Source: Tepidisphaeraceae bacterium
GTDB taxonomy: Bacteria > Planctomycetota > Phycisphaerae > Tepidisphaerales > Tepidisphaeraceae
Assembly: GCA_035545895.1 (NCBI GenBank)
Contig: DASZXJ010000223.1
Coordinates: forward strand, 1 to 18,931
Direction: 5' to 3'
DNA: 18,931 nt
This document shows, in pieces, positions 7,127 through 17,602 of this stretch. Positions within the stretch are counted from its first letter, which is position 1; each line of letters opens with the position of its first letter. The notes below the pieces were generated by a model that did no database searches, was not told the origin of the DNA, and worked only from the letters and a program-made list of their open reading frames with translations. The position numbers and the translations under genes are program-made.

Positions 7127-10100
7127 AAAATCGACTGAATAAAATCCTCAAGCCGCTGGCTTCGCTGAAGTTCACTGTTGCGCTGCTTGTACTGGGCATG
7201 ATCCTGATTTTTGTCGGCACGACCGTGCAAGGCGAAATGGGCATCTGGGATGTGCAGCGACGGTTTTTCCATTCGTGGGTCACTATCGTCGAATGGCGGC
7301 TGTTTTTCCCCCTCTGGGATTGGGGCATCAAAAACATCCCCGGCGCGATTCCGTTCCCCGGCGGATATACGCTCATCTTGCTCCTGCTTTTGAATCTGCT
7401 TGCGGCTCACACGATTCGATTCAATTTCACATGGAAACGGTCCGGCATCCTTCTGATTCATGGCGGATTGATTCTGCTGCTCGTTGGCGAAGTCGTAACG
7501 GCCGAGGGCGCTCGCGAAGGGCAGATGCTCATCGACGTCGGCGGCAGTTCCAATTTCACATCAGATGTGCGCGAGGCTGAGCTGGCGATCATCGACCCAT
7601 CACCGGCTGATTATGATGATGAGATCATCATTCCGGCAGCGCGGTTGGCAAGGCGAGATACGATCGTCCATCCCGAGCTTCCGTTTTCTGTTCGCATCGA
7701 TGAGTTCTATCCCAATTCCGATATTCTCGGTCCGCAGCAGGCGGGCACAAGAAAGGATGCTCGCGCAACGGCGGGTACTGGAAAAGATATCACGCTGATT
7801 CCCGCATCGAAATTCAGCGGCACCGATGCGTCCTCGGTTGATCAACCTTCGGCGTATGTCACGTTGACCAATAGCGATGGCAGCGCGATCGGAACCTACC
7901 TCGTCACAACGATTGAATTGCAGCCCCAGTTTCCACCGATCAATCAGCCTCAGATGTTCAAGGTTGGCGATAAGGAATATTGGCTCCAGCTTCGATTCAA
8001 ACGTGAATACAAGCCCTACACCATTCATCTGACGAAATTTACTCACGATGTCTATCAAGGCACGAACACACCCAAGAATTTTGCCAGCCTGATTCATCTG
8101 ACCGATCCCACCCAGAATGTCGACCGCGAAGTGTTGATCTGGATGAACCATCCATTGCGATATGCGGGTCAGACGTTTTATCAATCCGGCTTTGACAAGC
8201 AGGCGGATCGTTTCACGATCTTGCAGGTCGTCAAAAACCCCGGCTGGCTCATTCCGTACATTTCCTGCTCGATGGTCGCTTTGGGATTGCTCATTCATTT
8301 TGGAATGCACCTGATGACGTTCCTGTCGCGCCTGCGCGATGGGCGATTGACGTTGCCTCAGCACGGCAAGCCAAAAAAGATTCAGGCCAAGCCGTCGATG
8401 GTTCCTGCGGTGGTGATCACGGCCTTGTGCGCGATTTACCTGATGGCCTTGGCGTTTCCGGGCAGCGAGCAAAGCGGCATCGACATGTTCGCCCGCGTGC
8501 CGGTTTCGTTTGAGGGTCGCACGATGCCCCTGGATTCGCTGGCGAGAAATTCGCTTCGCGTGCTCAGCGGGCGTTCGCAGGTGACGGTCAACGATGAATC
8601 CAAGCCGGCAATTTCATGGCTGCTCGACGTATTCTCTCGCCCGCAAATCGCAGCCGGTTACAAGGTCTTCCGCATCGATCTTCCCGATATCAAAAATCTG
8701 CTCGGCCTGGATGAAAATCAGAAACTTTTCAGCTTCGATGAAATCCTGAACAAGAAGGATGTGCTCAGCCAGCAGATCGATCTGGCAATGAATGTGCCGG
8801 AGAAAAAACGGGATCTTTATCAGCGAAAGATTGTCGAGTTGTACGGGCATTTGTCGCTGTTCAATCACCTCGCCCAGCCGGACGATCTTTATCTCTCGCC
8901 GCCTTTGGAATCAACCGATTGGCGACCGCTGGGCAAGGCGATGGAAGGGGTGGCAGCCGACAAATTGCCGAGCGATCCCGGCGCCAGCGCGTTTTTGCAG
9001 ATGATCGGCGCGGTGGCTCCACGAGCGCCCGAAGAAATGAAAGCCGGCGCTTCGGGCATGCCCATGCCCAATACACTGCCCGATGCGGCCATGCTTGAAG
9101 AATTCAAATCAATCGCCAGCCGATATCAGGCGCTGCTGCAAAGCAGATTGCCCGATGTGTCGCGCATGATGGATGCCGAGGTGCTATTCAATCGGGCTGA
9201 TCCGTTCATTAACTGCATGGCCCTTTATGTAATCGTCTTTATTCTGGCGGCTGTCTCGTGGCTTAAATGGCATGGGCCGATGTCACGGGCGGCGTTGTGG
9301 GTGTTGGTGCTGGCCGCGGTCGTTCACACGCTTGGATTGGGCATGCGGGTGTACCTGCAAGGCCGTCCGCCGGTGACGAATCTTTATTCATCCGCCGTCT
9401 TCATCGCATGGGGCGCGGTAATTTTCTGTGTTGGCCTGGAATTGATCTATCGAAACGGCGTTGCCAGTGCGGCTGCTGGCGCGATCGCGTTTCCTTCGCT
9501 GCTTATCGCTCATTATCTGTCCGGCAGCGGCGACACGATGCAAATGCTCCAAGCCGTGCTCGATACCAATATCTGGTTGGCGACTCATGTCGTTGTTGTC
9601 ACGCTGGGTTATACCGCCACGTTTTTGAGCGGCTTCCTCGCGATCGCCTATGTGCTCGGAGGCGTCGCCACCACAGCCATGACTTCGGACGTTCGAAAAA
9701 CACTTGTTCGCATGGTTTATGGCGTGGTTTGCTTTGCCATGTTGTTCAGCTTCGTCGGAACCGTGCTGGGCGGCATCTGGGCGGACCAATCCTGGGGCAG
9801 GTTCTGGGGTTGGGATCCGAAAGAAAATGGCGCGGTTCTGATCGTTCTTTGGAATGCGATCATCCTTCATTCACGGTGGGGCGGCCTGGTGCAGGAACGC
9901 GGCTTCATGCTGCTGGCGGTGGCGGGGAATATCGTCACGAGCTGGAGCTGGTTTGGCACAAATATGCTGGGCATTGGGCTGCACAGTTACGGATTCATGG
10001 ATTCAGCCCTGTTCTGGCTGGTGGCTTTTGATGCTCTGCAATTGGCGATCATTGCGGTGGGTTTATTGCCCGTGGAATGGTGGCGAAGCCTGGCTTCAAC

Positions 10101-10128
10101 CCAGGGTCTGACCGCCAAGCCCGCTTAA
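7123..10128 (+). CDS. ccsBA: Fused cytochrome c biogenesis protein CcsBA (ResB-like N-terminal domain plus CcsA heme-handling C-terminal domain), system II
   Basis: 1001 aa. The N-terminus LASLKFTVALLVLGMILIFVGTTVQGE is a ResB-type first TM segment. The C-terminus carries the tryptophan-rich WWD motif WGRFWGWDPKENGAVLIVLWNAIILHSRW and many TM helices. GTG start, 4-nt overlap with the upstream lipoprotein. Confidence 0.85.
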   Translation: MKNRLNKILKPLASLKFTVALLVLGMILIFVGTTVQGEMGIWDVQRRFFHSWVTIVEWRLFFPLWDWGIKNIPGAIPFPGGYTLILLLLLNLLAAHTIRFNFTWKRSGILLIHGGLILLLVGEVVTAEGAREGQMLIDVGGSSNFTSDVREAELAIIDPSPADYDDEIIIPAARLARRDTIVHPELPFSVRIDEFYPNSDILGPQQAGTRKDARATAGTGKDITLIPASKFSGTDASSVDQPSAYVTLTNSDGSAIGTYLVTTIELQPQFPPINQPQMFKVGDKEYWLQLRFKREYKPYTIHLTKFTHDVYQGTNTPKNFASLIHLTDPTQNVDREVLIWMNHPLRYAGQTFYQSGFDKQADRFTILQVVKNPGWLIPYISCSMVALGLLIHFGMHLMTFLSRLRDGRLTLPQHGKPKKIQAKPSMVPAVVITALCAIYLMALAFPGSEQSGIDMFARVPVSFEGRTMPLDSLARNSLRVLSGRSQVTVNDESKPAISWLLDVFSRPQIAAGYKVFRIDLPDIKNLLGLDENQKLFSFDEILNKKDVLSQQIDLAMNVPEKKRDLYQRKIVELYGHLSLFNHLAQPDDLYLSPPLESTDWRPLGKAMEGVAADKLPSDPGASAFLQMIGAVAPRAPEEMKAGASGMPMPNTLPDAAMLEEFKSIASRYQALLQSRLPDVSRMMDAEVLFNRADPFINCMALYVIVFILAAVSWLKWHGPMSRAALWVLVLAAVVHTLGLGMRVYLQGRPPVTNLYSSAVFIAWGAVIFCVGLELIYRNGVASAAAGAIAFPSLLIAHYLSGSGDTMQMLQAVLDTNIWLATHVVVVTLGYTATFLSGFLAIAYVLGGVATTAMTSDVRKTLVRMVYGVVCFAMLFSFVGTVLGGIWADQSWGRFWGWDPKENGAVLIVLWNAIILHSRWGGLVQERGFMLLAVAGNIVTSWSWFGTNMLGIGLHSYGFMDSALFWLVAFDALQLAIIAVGLLPVEWWRSLASTQGLTAKPA

Positions 10129-10316
10129 TATGGCTGCCTGCCAATCCCGCACCTTCAAATCATTGAACTGCCACGATGACAGGCGATTGCGATGCGAGGG
10201 CGCTGCTGCCGGATCACAAGTATTGTATTTGAAATAACTTATATTTATGGCAATGCTGCTGTTTTCCGGCATCGCCTTTGTTATTGTCGCTTTGCTCTCG
10301 GAGCGATTTGTTCTGA

Positions 10317-12050
<1,734 letters not shown>

Positions 12051-12058
12051 GGAGTGCC

Positions 12059-12403
12059 ATGGTCGTGAATAAAAACAAACAAGTGACGATTCATCGAAGT
12101 GAACTTTCGTTGGCGATTTCGAAGATCGATGGTTTGCTTTCTGGATTGACGACGGTTGCATCAGTTGGAGGTTCGGTTGGTCCATCAACCTATGCAATTG
12201 TTGGAGAAGTTTGGCACTCGGCGCAGGGGCGCCTGCATGAAACCGGCGCTGAAACATGGCCTATACCTGATGAGACGTGGACATTAGGTGATCTCATTGC
12301 TGCTGTTTCAACCTTACGGTCCGTAATGACTTCTTTTCTTACCCCTGAACAGGTTGCGGAGCTTGAAGATCGTGTGCCATTTGGGCTAACGGCGAGAAAA
12401 TGA
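12059..12403 (+). CDS. Hypothetical 114-aa protein on a low-GC islet, translationally coupled to groEL1
   Basis: ATG 8 nt after the groEL1 TAA, with GGAG in between. ~46% GC against ~58-60% in the flanks. No recognisable motif. Confidence 0.4.
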   Translation: MVVNKNKQVTIHRSELSLAISKIDGLLSGLTTVASVGGSVGPSTYAIVGEVWHSAQGRLHETGAETWPIPDETWTLGDLIAAVSTLRSVMTSFLTPEQVAELEDRVPFGLTARK

Positions 12404-12532
12404 CGGAACGGACGAGAGGCGTAGAGGTGAAGATGATGATTGGAAGACGACTTTGAACGGAACGATGCCAAGGCAGTGAAGAAACGGAGACCGAATTAGG
12501 TTTGTCGGACATGAGATTGGTCGGAGAACCGG

Positions 12533-12775
12533 ATGCCGAAAGCCTTGAAGCATGGGCCGTATCGATTCTTCTTCTGGTCGCGCGAGCCGAATGAGCCGCC
12601 GCATGTGCATGTGCAGCGAGAGCGTTTTGAGGCGAAATTTTGGATTGATCCGGTTGTTGAGTTAGCTCAAAACTGGGGCTTTGCTCGGCATGAGTTGAAC
12701 AGAGTTGGGCGGATCATTGAAGCGCGCCGCACAATGTTGTTGGAGAAGTGGCATGAGCACTTTGACGAAACTTGA
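12533..12775 (+). CDS. DUF4160-family small protein
   Basis: MPKALKHGPYRFFFWSREPNEPPHVHVQRERFEAKFWIDP matches the DUF4160 N-terminal signature (...PYRFFFYS.E.NEPPH.HV...). Confidence 0.7.
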   Translation: MPKALKHGPYRFFFWSREPNEPPHVHVQRERFEAKFWIDPVVELAQNWGFARHELNRVGRIIEARRTMLLEKWHEHFDET

Positions 12776-13091
12776 AGTCGTACCTGAGCCGGTTAATGTC
12801 CGGGTCACCAGCGACACGCTTAGTGTTGATCTGGCGGATGGCCGGACCATTTCTGTGCCGCTGGGCTGGTTTCCGCGCTTGTCCCATGGCACGGCACGTG
12901 AGCGAGCTCATTTTTCGCTTGGACGAAATGGAATTCATTGGCCGGATTTGGATGAGGACATCCCAGTTGCGGGTCTGTTGAACGGCGAAAAATCAGGCGA
13001 GTCACTAGGTTCTATTCAGAGGTGGCTGGATTCGCGTAAGTCGGTGCGACGGTTAACTAGCGGAAAAAAAGCAGGAACAAGTAACAAGTAA
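12753..13091 (+). CDS. DUF2442-family protein, the partner of the DUF4160 gene, with which it overlaps by 23 nt
   Basis: DGRTISVPLGWFPRLSHGTARERAHFSLGRNGIHWPDLDEDIPVAGLL matches the DUF2442 core (...W.P.L..AT..ER..W.L...G.GIHWP.LDEDISV.GLL). The internal ATG (MSTLTKLE) was chosen over the upstream GTG of the track ORF. Confidence 0.65.
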   Translation: MSTLTKLEVVPEPVNVRVTSDTLSVDLADGRTISVPLGWFPRLSHGTARERAHFSLGRNGIHWPDLDEDIPVAGLLNGEKSGESLGSIQRWLDSRKSVRRLTSGKKAGTSNK

Positions 13092-13105
13092 CGAGGAACA
13101 ACGAA

Positions 13106-13393
13106 ATGAAACTCAAACCCCTGGCAGATCGCGTGATCGTCAAGCAGTCCGATGCGGAAGAGAAGACCAAGTCCGGGATTTTGCTCCCCGATACGGCCAA
13201 GGAAAAGCCCACCAAGGGCAAGGTCATCGCTGCCGGCCCCGGCAAGCTGGACGACAACGGCAAGCGCATGGAACTCGGCGTTCGCGTCGGCGATACCGTC
13301 TTCTACGGAAAATATTCCGGCACGGATGTGACCGTCGATGGCGAGAAGTTTGTGATTTTGCGTGAGAGCGATCTGCTCGGCGTTTTGGAGTAG
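13106..13393 (+). CDS. groES: Co-chaperonin GroES (Cpn10)
   Basis: 95 aa. MKLKPLADRVIVKQSDAEEKTKSGILLPDTAKEKPTKGKVIAAGPG...GDTVFYGKYSGTDV. Confidence 0.95.
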   Translation: MKLKPLADRVIVKQSDAEEKTKSGILLPDTAKEKPTKGKVIAAGPGKLDDNGKRMELGVRVGDTVFYGKYSGTDVTVDGEKFVILRESDLLGVLE

Positions 13394-13411
13394 TGATCAG
13401 TGGCCAGTAGC

Positions 13412-13454
13412 CGGTGGTCAGTTAAGACCCCGCTCTGGCCGTTACTGACCACCG
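13412..13454 (+). promoter_or_regulatory. Perfect 11-bp inverted repeat cggtggtcagt-N21-actgaccaccg in the groES-groEL2 spacer, flanked by further cagt/actgacc iterations. Intercistronic stem-loop (processing, stability or operator site).
   Basis: Read directly. Not a CIRCE element (TTAGCACTC-N9-GAGTGCTAA). Confidence 0.4.
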
Positions 13455-13488
13455 ACCACTGACAACTGACCACTTGGAGTGAATAACA

Positions 13489-15120
13489 ATGGCTGCTAAA
13501 CAGATGAAATTCGATGTGGATGCCCGGGCCGAGATTGGCGCGGGATTAACCCAGCTTGCCCGCGCCGTCAAGGCGACCCTTGGGCCTCGCGGGCGCAATG
13601 TCGTGCTGCACAAGTCGTGGGGCTCGCCGCGCATTACCAAGGACGGCGTGACGGTTTCCAAAGAAATCGAACTGCCGCAGCCGTTTGAAAACATGGGCGC
13701 CAAGCTCATCAACACCGTCGCCAGCAAGACCGGCGATGTGGCTGGCGATGGCACGACCACCGCGGTCACCCTGGCTGAAGCGATCTACGCCGAAGGCCTG
13801 AAGTATGTGACCGCTGGTGTGAACCCCGTGCAGATTCAGCGCGGCATCATCAAGGCGGCGCAGGTTGCCGCGGACGCGATCAAGGACCTCTCCAAGCCCG
13901 TCAAGGGCAAGGACGACTACAAGAAAGTTGCCACCATCTCCGCCAACGGCGATGAACTCATCGGCCAGCTCATGGCCGATGCCATGGAGAAGGTCGGCAA
14001 GGAAGGCGTCATCACCGTCGATGAAGGCAAGGGCCTGGAATCGACGCTCGAATACACCGAAGGCATGCAGTTCGACAAGGGTTTCCTCAGCCCATATTTT
14101 CTGACCAATCCGACGACGCTCGAAGCAGTTCAGGAAGATGCGTACATCCTGCTTCACGAAAAGAAGATCAGCAACCTGGCGGAGCTGCTTCCGCTGCTGA
14201 ACAAGATTGTGGCCGGCAGCAAGCCGCTGCTGATTATCGCCGAAGACGTGGAAGCTGAAGCATTGGCAGCCTTGGTGGTCAACAAGCTGCGAGGCGTATT
14301 GAACATCTGCGCCGTCAAAGCCCCCGGCTTTGGCGATCGTCGCAAGGCGATGATGGGCGACCTCGCGGTTGTGACCGGCGGCAAGTTCATCTCCGAAGAC
14401 CTTGGCCTGAAGCTTGAAAATGTCGAACTCGAAGACCTCGGCACGGCCAAGCGAGTCGTCGTCGATAAGGACAACACGCTCATCGTCGAAGGCGGCGGTT
14501 CGAAAAAGGAAATCGCTGCACGCGGCGACCAGATTCGCATGCAGATCGAAAAGACCACCAGCGATTACGACCGCGAAAAGCTTCAGGAACGCCTGGCCAA
14601 GCTCACCGGCGGCGTTGCGGTCATCAAGGCCGGCGCTCACACCGAAACCGAGATGAAGGAACGCAAGGACCTCATCGACGACGCGCTCCATGCCACCAAG
14701 GCGGCGGCTGAGGAAGGCATCGTCCCGGGCGGCGGGGTGTCGTTCCTCCGCGCCATCGATGCCGTCGAAAATGCAAAAAGCAAAGCCAAGGGTGATGAAA
14801 AGATCGGTTTTGAAATTGTTGCCGAGGCGCTCAAGGCCCCCGCGAGACAGATCGCCGACAACGCCGGCGAAGACGGTGAAGTGGTGGTTGCCCAGATTCT
14901 GGACAATAAGAACGCTTCATATGGCTATAACGCAGCGACCGATGAATACGTGGACATGATCAAGGCCGGCATCATCGACCCCGCCAAAGTCGCTCGCACG
15001 GCTTTGCTCAATGCCGCCAGCGCCATCGGCCTGGCGTTGACGACTGATGTTTTGATCACCGAATTGAAGGAAGCCAAGAAAGGCGAAGAAACCAAGCCGG
15101 TCGCCGGAGCGGTGGTTTAA
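13489..15120 (+). CDS. groEL: Chaperonin GroEL (Cpn60) copy 2, with no GGM tail
   Basis: 543 aa. [40 protein letters not shown]...[15 protein letters not shown]-terminus ...[20 protein letters not shown] Shine-Dalgarno. Confidence 0.97.
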   Translation: MAAKQMKFDVDARAEIGAGLTQLARAVKATLGPRGRNVVLHKSWGSPRITKDGVTVSKEIELPQPFENMGAKLINTVASKTGDVAGDGTTTAVTLAEAIYAEGLKYVTAGVNPVQIQRGIIKAAQVAADAIKDLSKPVKGKDDYKKVATISANGDELIGQLMADAMEKVGKEGVITVDEGKGLESTLEYTEGMQFDKGFLSPYFLTNPTTLEAVQEDAYILLHEKKISNLAELLPLLNKIVAGSKPLLIIAEDVEAEALAALVVNKLRGVLNICAVKAPGFGDRRKAMMGDLAVVTGGKFISEDLGLKLENVELEDLGTAKRVVVDKDNTLIVEGGGSKKEIAARGDQIRMQIEKTTSDYDREKLQERLAKLTGGVAVIKAGAHTETEMKERKDLIDDALHATKAAAEEGIVPGGGVSFLRAIDAVENAKSKAKGDEKIGFEIVAEALKAPARQIADNAGEDGEVVVAQILDNKNASYGYNAATDEYVDMIKAGIIDPAKVARTALLNAASAIGLALTTDVLITELKEAKKGEETKPVAGAVV

Positions 15121-15154
15121 TGTCCGCCGGTGACTAGAATCAAATTGCGCGTAT

Positions 15155-15189
15155 TGCGAAGACACGAAGATCAGCTTCGTGTCTTCGCA
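15155..15189 (+). terminator. Very stable 15-bp perfect hairpin (ttgcgaagacacgaag / cttcgtgtcttcgcaa, 5-nt loop) between groEL2 and dnaJ. It has no U-tract, so it is more likely an intercistronic stabiliser, attenuator or palindromic operator than a canonical terminator.
   Basis: Read directly. Followed by attgtaaat rather than a T-run. Confidence 0.45.
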
Positions 15190-15230
15190 TTGTAAATGGG
15201 ACCCGTTGACGATTTGATGCAGGTAATCAA

Positions 15231-16373
15231 GTGGCCACCGTCAAACGAGACTATTACGAAATCCTCGGCGTCGTGAAGACTGCAAGCGACGAGGACATCA
15301 AGCGCGCCTATCGCCGGCTGGCGATGAAGCATCATCCCGACCGCAACAACGGCGAAAGCAAGGCCGAAGCGGAGATCAAGTTCAAGGAATGCTCCGAAGC
15401 CTACGAGGTGCTCTGCGATCCGCAAAAACGCCAGCGGTATGACCAGTTCGGCCACCAGGGCGTCAGCGGGCAGCACGATTTTTCGCACATGGACGTGGCG
15501 GACATCTTTTCGATGTTCGACGAAATCTTCGGCGGCGGGATGGGAGGCGCTGCTCGCGCCGGCGGACAACGTCGCCAACGTGCCGCTCGTGGATACGATC
15601 TTGAAACTCAGGTCGAACTGTCGCTGGCCGAGGTCGCCAGCGGGGCCGACAAAACCATCGAATTTGAAAAGCAGGACCTTTGCGAATCGTGCAAAGGCAG
15701 TGGCGCCAAAGCCGGCACGCAACCCATCGCCTGCCCGCAATGCGGCGGGCAGGGGCGCGTCGCCCAGCAGGGCTTTGGCGGGATGTTCCGCATGGTGACG
15801 ACCTGCCCGAATTGCCGCGGGCGCGGAACGATCATCCGCGATCATTGCCGCACGTGTGGCGGCACGGGACGCCAGAGCAAAAAGCGCGTTGTCACCGTTA
15901 AGATTCCCGCCGGCGTTCATGAAGGGCAGGCGGTTCGAATCGTCGGCGAAGGTGAGCCCGGCGAGGCGGGCGCTCCGCCAGGCGATTTACACTGCTATAT
16001 CGCGGTCAAACCGCATCCGATTTTCAGCCGGCATAACAACGACATCGTCTGTCAGGTGCCGATTGGTTTTGCCCAGGCCGCGCTGGGCGCGATGATCGAT
16101 GTGCCGACCCTCAAAGGCGCTGAGCGACTTGATATTCCAGCCGGCACGCAGCATGGCGAGGTCTTCAAGCTCAAGGGTCGCGGCCTGCCCGATATCCGAA
16201 CGTATCGCAACGGCGATCAGGTCGTGCAGATCCTGATTGAAGTGCCCAAGAAGCTCAATGAACGCCAGAAGCAGCTTCTTCGCGAGTTTGCCGAATCCGA
16301 CGATGTCAATGTTTCTCCGCAGCGCAAGGGATTCATGGATAAGATCAAGGAAGTGTTCAAAGGCGACACCTGA
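15231..16373 (+). CDS. dnaJ: Molecular chaperone DnaJ (type I Hsp40: J domain, G/F-rich region, four CxxCxGxG zinc-finger repeats)
   Basis: KRDYYEILGV...HPDRN HPD motif. FGGGMGGAARAGG G/F region. CESCKGSGA, CPQCGGQG, CPNCRGRG, CRTCGGTG. GTG start. Confidence 0.95.
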   Translation: MATVKRDYYEILGVVKTASDEDIKRAYRRLAMKHHPDRNNGESKAEAEIKFKECSEAYEVLCDPQKRQRYDQFGHQGVSGQHDFSHMDVADIFSMFDEIFGGGMGGAARAGGQRRQRAARGYDLETQVELSLAEVASGADKTIEFEKQDLCESCKGSGAKAGTQPIACPQCGGQGRVAQQGFGGMFRMVTTCPNCRGRGTIIRDHCRTCGGTGRQSKKRVVTVKIPAGVHEGQAVRIVGEGEPGEAGAPPGDLHCYIAVKPHPIFSRHNNDIVCQVPIGFAQAALGAMIDVPTLKGAERLDIPAGTQHGEVFKLKGRGLPDIRTYRNGDQVVQILIEVPKKLNERQKQLLREFAESDDVNVSPQRKGFMDKIKEVFKGDT

Positions 16374-16402
16374 TCGTTTCGATTTTTGATTGAGAGTGAA
16401 CC

Positions 16403-16906
16403 ATGAGCGACGAATCAACCGAACAGGATCGAGCCGAGGAAGCTGAATTGAAAAAGCTTCAGACCGAGCGCGATGAATTGTTTGACCGCCTAGCGCGCGT
16501 GACCGCCGACTATCAGAATTCGCGCAAACGTCTCGAAGCCGAGATGGAACAGCGCGCCGCCTACGCGAATTCGACGCTGATCAAATCGCTGTTGCCCGTG
16601 ATCGACAATTTCGAGCGCGCATTGGCGGTGGACCCCGCCAAATCGGACTCAGCCACCATCCTCAAAGGGTTGCAACTGGTGCACGATCAATGGATGACTG
16701 TTCTGAAAAGCCAGGCCGTCGAGGAAATCGCGCCGCAGCCGGGCGATAAGTTCGATCCATCCCATCACCAGGCCCTGATGCAGATGGCTGACGACAAATA
16801 CAAGGATAAAGGCCCGACCGTCGTACAGCTCATGCAAAAAGGTTACATGCTCAACGACCGCGTCCTGCGCCCCGCACAGGTGGGCGTGAGTAAAACCGAA
16901 GGATGA
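16403..16906 (+). CDS. grpE: Nucleotide exchange factor GrpE
   Basis: 167 aa. The N-terminal charged coiled-coil ELKKLQTERDELFDRLARVTADYQNSRKRLEAE and LLPVIDNFERAL are GrpE hallmarks. Confidence 0.9.
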   Translation: MSDESTEQDRAEEAELKKLQTERDELFDRLARVTADYQNSRKRLEAEMEQRAAYANSTLIKSLLPVIDNFERALAVDPAKSDSATILKGLQLVHDQWMTVLKSQAVEEIAPQPGDKFDPSHHQALMQMADDKYKDKGPTVVQLMQKGYMLNDRVLRPAQVGVSKTEG

Positions 16907-16944
16907 AGTCGGTTTCATACTTCTGCTTTCATTCTTAAATTGTT

Positions 16945-17289
16945 ATGCCCACCTACGAATATAAATGTGATGCCTGCGGATACGCGTTCGAGAAGTTTCA
17001 TTCGATCACGGCCAAGCCGATCCGCAAATGTCCCAGATGCGGCAAGCTCAAGATTCGGCGGCTATTGGGCACGGGCGCGGGGATGATCTTCAAGGGCAGC
17101 GGTTTCTATATCACCGACTACCGCTCGGAAGGGTATAAATCCGCTGCCAAGGCCGATAGTGGGACCACCAGCAGCGGCGGTTCGTCCGACACCAAATCAA
17201 AGGAGGCTGCCAAGCCTGCCGCGACCGAATCCAAGCCGGCTGCGAAAACCGAGAGCAAGAGCCAGTCCAAATCGTCAAAAAAGAGTTAG
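16945..17289 (+). CDS. FmdB-family zinc-ribbon protein with a Ser/Lys/Ala-rich low-complexity tail
   Basis: [18 protein letters not shown]...[12 protein letters not shown] matches the FmdB/TIGR02605-type CxxC...CxxC N-terminus. Confidence 0.7.
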   Translation: MPTYEYKCDACGYAFEKFHSITAKPIRKCPRCGKLKIRRLLGTGAGMIFKGSGFYITDYRSEGYKSAAKADSGTTSSGGSSDTKSKEAAKPAATESKPAAKTESKSQSKSSKKS

Positions 17290-17323
17290 AATCAACCACG
17301 TCATCGAAAGGGCAAGTGTCCGT

Positions 17324-17545
17324 ATGATCTGCCCCATCTGCAAAAAATCGGTTATCGACGATGAAGCACAGCGACCGTCAACGTATCCTTTCTGCTCGGA
17401 ACGCTGTAAGTTGATCGACCTGGGCCGCTGGTTTGACGGCAAATACGCCATTCCGGTCAGCCCGGAGGAAGAAGCGGACGCTGAGTCCGGCCAGCCGGGC
17501 GCTGGCCTTGGCGATGCCGATCATTTGAACGACAAGTCATCGTGA
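17324..17545 (+). CDS. yacG: DNA gyrase inhibitor YacG-like zinc-binding protein (73 aa)
   Basis: [39 protein letters not shown] matches the YacG pattern CPxC...PFCSxRCxxIDLGxW. The track ORF 17159..17545 carries a spurious 5' extension in the out-of-frame tail of fmdB, so the internal ATG at 17324 was chosen. Confidence 0.7.
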   Translation: MICPICKKSVIDDEAQRPSTYPFCSERCKLIDLGRWFDGKYAIPVSPEEEADAESGQPGAGLGDADHLNDKSS

Positions 17546-17602
17546 ATATAATGCGCGCACTCGCGCTGTGACCGCGAAATTAGGGAAAGTTGAGGCAATT
17601 GT

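Noticed and set aside
7600-8472. 290-aa minus-strand ORF. Also 9267..10031 +, 9388..9870 - and 9854..10111 +.
   Set aside because: Inside ccsBA, antisense or out of frame. The ResB/CcsA motifs define the real frame.
13546-14691. 381-aa minus-strand ORF. Also 13422..13769, 14154..14558, 14637..14906 and 14917..15165 on the minus strand.
   Set aside because: Antisense to groEL2. No protein-like motifs.
15171-15920. 249-aa minus-strand ORF. Also + strand out-of-frame ORFs 15439..15798, 15680..15901 and 15856..16095.
   Set aside because: Overlap dnaJ, whose J-domain and zinc-finger signatures fix the true frame.
17159-17323. 5' extension of track ORF 17159..17545 ([20 protein letters not shown]...)
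   Set aside because: This stretch is the out-of-frame overlap with the low-complexity tail of the FmdB-like gene. The YacG homology starts at the internal ATG 17324.
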